From the NCBI GenBank assembly GCA_964057225.1, contig OZ059900.1, positions 13,516,001 to 13,580,000 of the forward strand: a DNA stretch of 64,000 nt. Reading direction: 5' to 3'. Source of the stretch: Auanema rhodensis. Taxonomy: Eukaryota > Animalia > Nematoda. The notes under the pieces are model-generated. The model saw nothing but the letters and a program-made list of their open reading frames with translations. It had not been told where the DNA came from and did no database searches. Below, in pieces: positions 58,571 to 64,000 of the stretch (within the stretch, counting starts at the first letter, position 1; each line of letters starts with the position of its first letter). Position numbers and translations under genes: made by a program.

Positions 58571-58663
58571 GGTTTAATTACCCAAGTTAGAGGTAGTATC
58601 TCAATCCAACCAGAGAACTTCTGAGTTGGAAATACATTTTGGAAAGCACACCATGAGTGTGCA
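58571..58663 (+). ncRNA. SL1-like RNA subtype copy 204 (same haplotype as copy 194)
   Basis: T>C at 58607, C>T at 58654, upstream AATAAACTT. Confidence 0.85.
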
Positions 58664-61600
58664 ATATTGAAAATTGTCTGTCTTAGTATGATTATATGAC
58701 ACTATAGATGCCAAAGCAAAACAAATTTGAATATGAACATGACGCGTCTTTTACATTATAGTTTGACCGGATAAAGCTTTGTATAGCTTTGTATAGCTTT
58801 GTACACTGATCACATATACGGCGATAGGCTAGAACAGTTCATAAGTTTCCTGAATAGATTTGGTTTAATTACCCAAGTTAGAGGTAGTATCTCAATCTAA
58901 CCAGAGAACTTCTGAGTTGGAAATACATTTTGGAAAGCACACCACGAGTGTGCAATATTGAAAACTGTCTGTCTTAGTATGATTATATAACACTACCGAT
59001 GCTAAAGCAAAATGAATTTGAATATGAACATGACGCGTCTTTTACATTATAGTTTGACCGGATAAAGCTTTGTATAGCTTTGTATAGCTTTGTACACTGA
59101 TCACATATACGGCGATAGGCTAGAACAGTTCATAAGTTTCCTGAATAGATTTGGTTTAATTACCCAAGTTAGAGGTAGTATCTCAATCTAACCAGAGAAC
59201 TTCTGAGTTGGAAATACATTTTGGAAAGCACACCACGAGTGTGCAATATTGAAAACTGTCTGTCTTAGTATGATTATATAACACTACCGATGCTAAAGCA
59301 AAATGAATTTGAATATGAACATGACGCGTCTTTTACATTATAGTTTGACCGGATAAAGCTTTGTATAGCTTTGTACACTGATCACATATACGGCGAGAGG
59401 CTAGAACAGTTTATAAGTTTCCTGAATAGATTTGGTTTAATTACCCAAGTTAGAGGTAGTATCTCAATCTAACCAGAGAACTTCTGAGTTGGAAATACAT
59501 TTTGGAAAGCACACCACGAGTGTGCAATATTGAAAACTGTCTGTCTTAGTATGATTATATAACACTACCGATGCTAAAGCAAAATGAATTTGAATATGAA
59601 CATGACGCGTCTTTTACATTATAGTTTGACCGGATAAAGCTTTGTATAGCTTTGTACACTGATCACATATACGGCGAGAGGCTAGAACAGTTTATAAGTT
59701 TCCTGAATAGATTTGGTTTAATTACCCAAGTTAGAGGTAGTATCTCAATCTAACCAGAGAACTTCTGAGTTGGAAATACATTTTGGAAAGCACACCACGA
59801 GTGTGCAATATTGAAAATTGTCTGTCTTAGTATGATTATATGACACTATAGATGCCAAAGCAAAACAAATTTGAATATGAACATGACGCGTCTTTTACAT
59901 TATAGTTTGACCGGATAAAGCTTTGTATTGCTTTGTATAGCTTTGTACACTGATCACATATACGGCGAAAGGCTAGAACAGTTTATAAGTTTCCTGAATA
60001 GATTTGGTTTAATTACCCAAGTTAGAGGTAGTATCTCAATCTAACCAGAGAACTTCTGAGTTGGAAATACATTTTGAAAAGCACACCACGAGTGTGCAAT
60101 ATTGAAAACTGTCTGTCTTAGTATGATTATATAACACTACCGATGCTAAAGCAAAATGAATTTGAATATGAACATGACGCGTCTTTTACATTATAGTTTG
60201 ACCGGATAAAGCTTTGTATAGCTTTGTACACTGATCACATATACGGCGAGAGGCTAGAACAGTTTATAAGTTTCCTGAATAGATTTGGTTTAATTACCCA
60301 AGTTAGAGGTAGTATCTCAATCTAACCAGAGAACTTCTGAGTTGGAAATACATTTTGGAAAGCACACCACGAGTGTGCAATATTGAAAACTGTCTGTCTT
60401 AGTATGATTATATAACACTACAGATGCTAAAGCAAAATGAATTTGAATATGAACATGACGCGTCTTTTACATTATAGTTTGACCGGATAAAGCTTTGTAT
60501 AGCTTTGTACACTGATCACATATACGGCGAGAGGCTAGAACAGTTTATAAGTTTCCTGAATAAACTTGGTTTAATTACCCAAGTTAGAGGTAGTATCTCA
60601 ATATAACCAGAGAACTTCTGAGTTGGAAATACATTTTGGAAAGCACACCATGAGTGTGCAATATTGAAAATTGTCTGTCTTAGTATGATTATATGACACT
60701 ATAGATGCCAAAGCAAAACAAATTTGAATATGAACATGACGCGTCTTTTACATTATAGTTTGAACGGATAAAGCTTTGTATAGCTTTGTACCCTGATCAC
60801 TTATACGGCGATAGGCTAGAACAGTTCATAAGTTTCCTGAATAGATTTGGTTTAATTACCCAAGTTAGAGGTAGTATCTCAATCTAACCAGAGAACTTCT
60901 GAGTTGGAAATACATTTTGGAAAGCACACCACGAGTGTGCAATATTGAAAACTGTCTGTCTTAGTATGATTATATAACACTACCGATGCTAAAGCAAAAT
61001 GAATTTGAATATGAACATGACGCGTCTTTTACATTATAGTTTGACCGGATAAAGCTTTGTATAGTTTTGTATAGCTTTGTACACTGATCACATATACGGC
61101 GATAGGCTAGAACAGTTCATAAGTTTCCTGAATAGATTTGGTTTAATTACCCAAGTTAGAGGTAGTATCTCAATCTAACCAGAGAACTTCTGAGTTGGAA
61201 ATACATTTTGGAAAGCACACCACGAGTGTGCAATATTGAAAACTGTCTGTCTTAGTATGATTATATAACACTACCGATGCTAAAGCAAAATGAATTTGAA
61301 TATGAACATGACGCGTCTTTTACATTATAGTTTGACCGGATAAAGCTTTGTATAGCTTTGTATAGCTTTGTACACTGATCACATATACGGCGATAGGCTA
61401 GAACAGTTCATAAGTTTCCTGAATAGATTTGGTTTAATTACCCAAGTTAGAGGTAGTATCTCAATCTAACCAGAGAACTTCTGAGTTGGAAATACATTTT
61501 GGAAAGCACACCACGAGTGTGCAATATTGAAAACTGTCTGTCTTAGTATGATTATATAACACTACCGATGCTAAAGCAAAATGAATTTGAATATGAACAT

Positions 61601-62283
61601 GACGCGTCTTTTACATTATAGTTTGACCGGATAAAGCTTTGTATAGCTTTGTACACTGATCACATATACGGCGAGAGGCTAGAACAGTTTATAAGTTTCC
61701 TGAATAGATTTGGTTTAATTACCCAAGTTAGAGGTAGTATCTCAATCTAACCAGAGAACTTCTGAGTTGGAAATACATTTTGGAAAGCACACCACGAGTG
61801 TGCAATATTGAAAATTGTCTGTCTTAGTATGATTATATGACACTATAGATGCCAAAGCAAAACAAATTTGAATATGAACATGACGCGTCTTTTACATTAT
61901 AGTTTGACCGGATAAAGCTTTGTATTGCTTTGTATAGCTTTGTACACTGATCACATATACGGCGATAGGCTAGAACAGTTTATAAGTTTCCTGAATAGAT
62001 TTGGTTTAATTACCCAAGTTAGAGGTAGTATCTCAATCTAACCAGAGAACTTCTGAGTTGGAAATACATTTTGGAAAGCACACCACGAGTGTGCAATATT
62101 GAAAACTGTCTGTCTTAGTATGATTATATAACACTACCGATGCTAAAGCAAAATGAATTTGAATATGAACATGACGCGTCTTTTACATTATAGTTTGATC
62201 GGATAAAGCTTTGTATAGCTTTGTACACTGATCACATATACGGCGATAGGCTAGAACAGTTCATAAGTTTCCTGAATAGATTT

Positions 62284-62376
62284 GGTTTAATTACCCAAGT
62301 GAGAGGTAGTATCTCAATCTAACCAGAGAACTTCTGAGTTGGAAATACATTTTGGAAAGCACACCACGAGTGTGCA
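62284..62376 (+). ncRNA. SL1-like RNA copy 217 with leader T18G
   Basis: Leader reads GGTTTAATTACCCAAGTGAGAG (G at 62301). Confidence 0.8.
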
Positions 62377-63718
62377 ATATTGAAAACTGTCTGTCTTAGT
62401 ATGATTATATAACACTACAGATGCTAAAGCAAAATGAATTTGAATATGAACATGACGCGTATTTTACATTATAGTTTGACCGGATAAAGCTTTGTATAGC
62501 TTTGTACACTGATCACATATACGGCGAGAAGCTAGAACAGTTTATAAGTTTCCTGAATAGATTTGGTTTAATTACCCAAGTTAGAGGTAGTATCTCAATC
62601 TAACCAGAGAACTTCTGAGTTGGAAATACATTTTGGAAAGCACACCATGAGTGTGCAATATTGAAAATTGTCTGTCTTAGTATGATTATATGACACTATA
62701 GATGCCAAAGCAAAACAAATTTGAATATGAACATGACGCGTCTTTTACATTATAGTTTCACCGGATAAAGCTTTGTATAGCTTTGTATAGCTTTGTACAC
62801 TGATCACATATACGGCGATAGGCTAGAACAGTTCATAAGTTTCCTGAATAGATTTGGTTTAATTACCCAAGTTAGAGGTAGTATCTCAATCTAACCAGAG
62901 AACTTCTGAGTTGGAAATACATTTTGGAAAGCACACCACGAGTGTGCAATATTGAAAACTGTCTGTCTTAGTATGATTATATAACACTATAGATGCCAAA
63001 GCAAAATGAATTTGAATATGAACATGACGCGTCTTTTACATTATAGTTTGACCGGATAAAGCTTTGTATAGCTTTGTATAGCTTTGTACACTGATCACAT
63101 ATACGGCGATAGGCTAGAACAGTTCATAAGTTTCCTGAATAGATTTGGTTTAATTACCCAAGTTAGAGGTAGTATCTCAATCTAACCAGAGAACTTCTGA
63201 GTTGGAAATACATTTTGGAAAGCACACCACGAGTGTGCAATATTGAAAACTGTCTGTCTTCGTATGATTATATGACACTATAGATGCCAAAGCAAAACAA
63301 ATTTGAATATGAACATGACGCGTCTTTTACATTATAGTTTGACTGGATAAAGCTTTGTATAGCTTTGTACACTGATCACATATACGGCGATAGGCTAGAA
63401 CAGTTCATAAGTTTCCTGAATAGATTTGGTTTAATTACCCAAGTTAGAGGTAGTATCTCAATCTAACCAGAGAACTTCTGAGTTGGAAATACATTTTGAA
63501 AAGCACACCACGAGTGTGCAATATTGAAAACTGTCTGTCTTAGTATGATTATATAACACTACCGATGCTAAAGCAAAATGAATTTGAATATGAACATGAC
63601 GCGTCTTTTACATTATAGTTTGACCGGATAAAGCTTTGTATAGCTTTGTATAGCTTTGTACACTGATCACATATACGGCGATAGGCTAGAACAGTTCATA
63701 AGTTTCCTTAATAGATTT

Positions 63719-63811
63719 GGTTTAATTACCCAAGTTAGAGGTAGCATCTCAATCTAACCAGAGAACTTCTGAGTTGGAAATACATTTTGGAAAGCACACC
63801 ACGAGTGTGCA
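63719..63811 (+). ncRNA. SL1: SL1-like RNA gene, copy 222 (last complete; donor +5 T>C)
   Basis: Intact leader; GTAGC at 63741-63745; Sm site and stems II/III intact. Confidence 0.88.
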
Positions 63812-64000
63812 ATTTTGAAAACTGTCTGTCTTAGTATGATTATATAACACTACCGATGCTAAAGCAAAATGAATTTGAATATGAACATGACGCGTCTTTT
63901 ACATTATAGTTTGATCGGATAAAGCTTTGTATAGCTTTGTATAGCTTTGTACACTGATCACATATACGGCGATAGGCTAGAACAGTTCATAAGTTTCCTG

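Larger units (their letters stand above)
108..63811 (+). ncRNA. SL1: Cluster of 222 SL1-like spliced-leader (trans-splicing) RNA genes; each starts at unit start +107 (long unit) or +97 (short unit) and is about 93 nt
   Basis: Each unit has the leader GGTTTAATTACCCAAGTTAGAG followed by GT, hairpin II, ATTTTGG and hairpin III. The order and spacing match the C. elegans SL1 RNA as I recall it. Confidence 0.93.
1..64000 (+). repeat. Tandem array of 291/281-bp units (222 complete + 1 partial), each containing an SL1-type spliced-leader RNA gene
   Basis: ATTATAGTTTGACCGG recurs at 1, 292, 583, 874 ... 63612, 63903. Unit starts advance by 291, or by 281 when one AGCTTTGTAT is missing (63902 = 152x291 + 70x281). 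I saw no inversions or foreign insertions. Confidence 0.98.

Noticed and set aside
1-64000. Plain centromeric/heterochromatic satellite
   Set aside because: The unit contains a full SL RNA architecture with structure-compatible variation. A secondary structural role cannot be excluded, but nothing in the sequence supports it.
1-64000. CRISPR array
   Set aside because: There are no unique spacers; entire units are repeated, and no cas genes are present.

Overview
The whole 64 kb window is one uninterrupted head-to-tail tandem array (about 35% GC). It holds 222 complete units (152 of 291 bp and 70 of 281 bp, counted by walking unit starts) plus a 98-bp partial unit, and runs off both ends. It looks like satellite DNA, but each unit carries a nematode SL1-type spliced-leader RNA gene on the + strand (unit positions 108 to about 200). 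The gene has a 22-nt leader GGTTTAATTACCCAAGTTAGAG (21/22 identical to canonical SL1 GGTTTAATTACCCAAGTTTGAG), a GT splice donor, stem-loop II, an Sm site ATTTTGG and terminal stem-loop III. Notable points: the non-canonical U19A leader is present in every copy I read; the unit is very compact and has no 5S rRNA gene; common polymorphism is concentrated in the spacers, while the most frequent changes inside the RNA are compatible with its structure or Sm consensus; and the array shows higher-order duplications and left/right variant domains. No credible protein-coding gene is present. All counts and alignments were done by eye.
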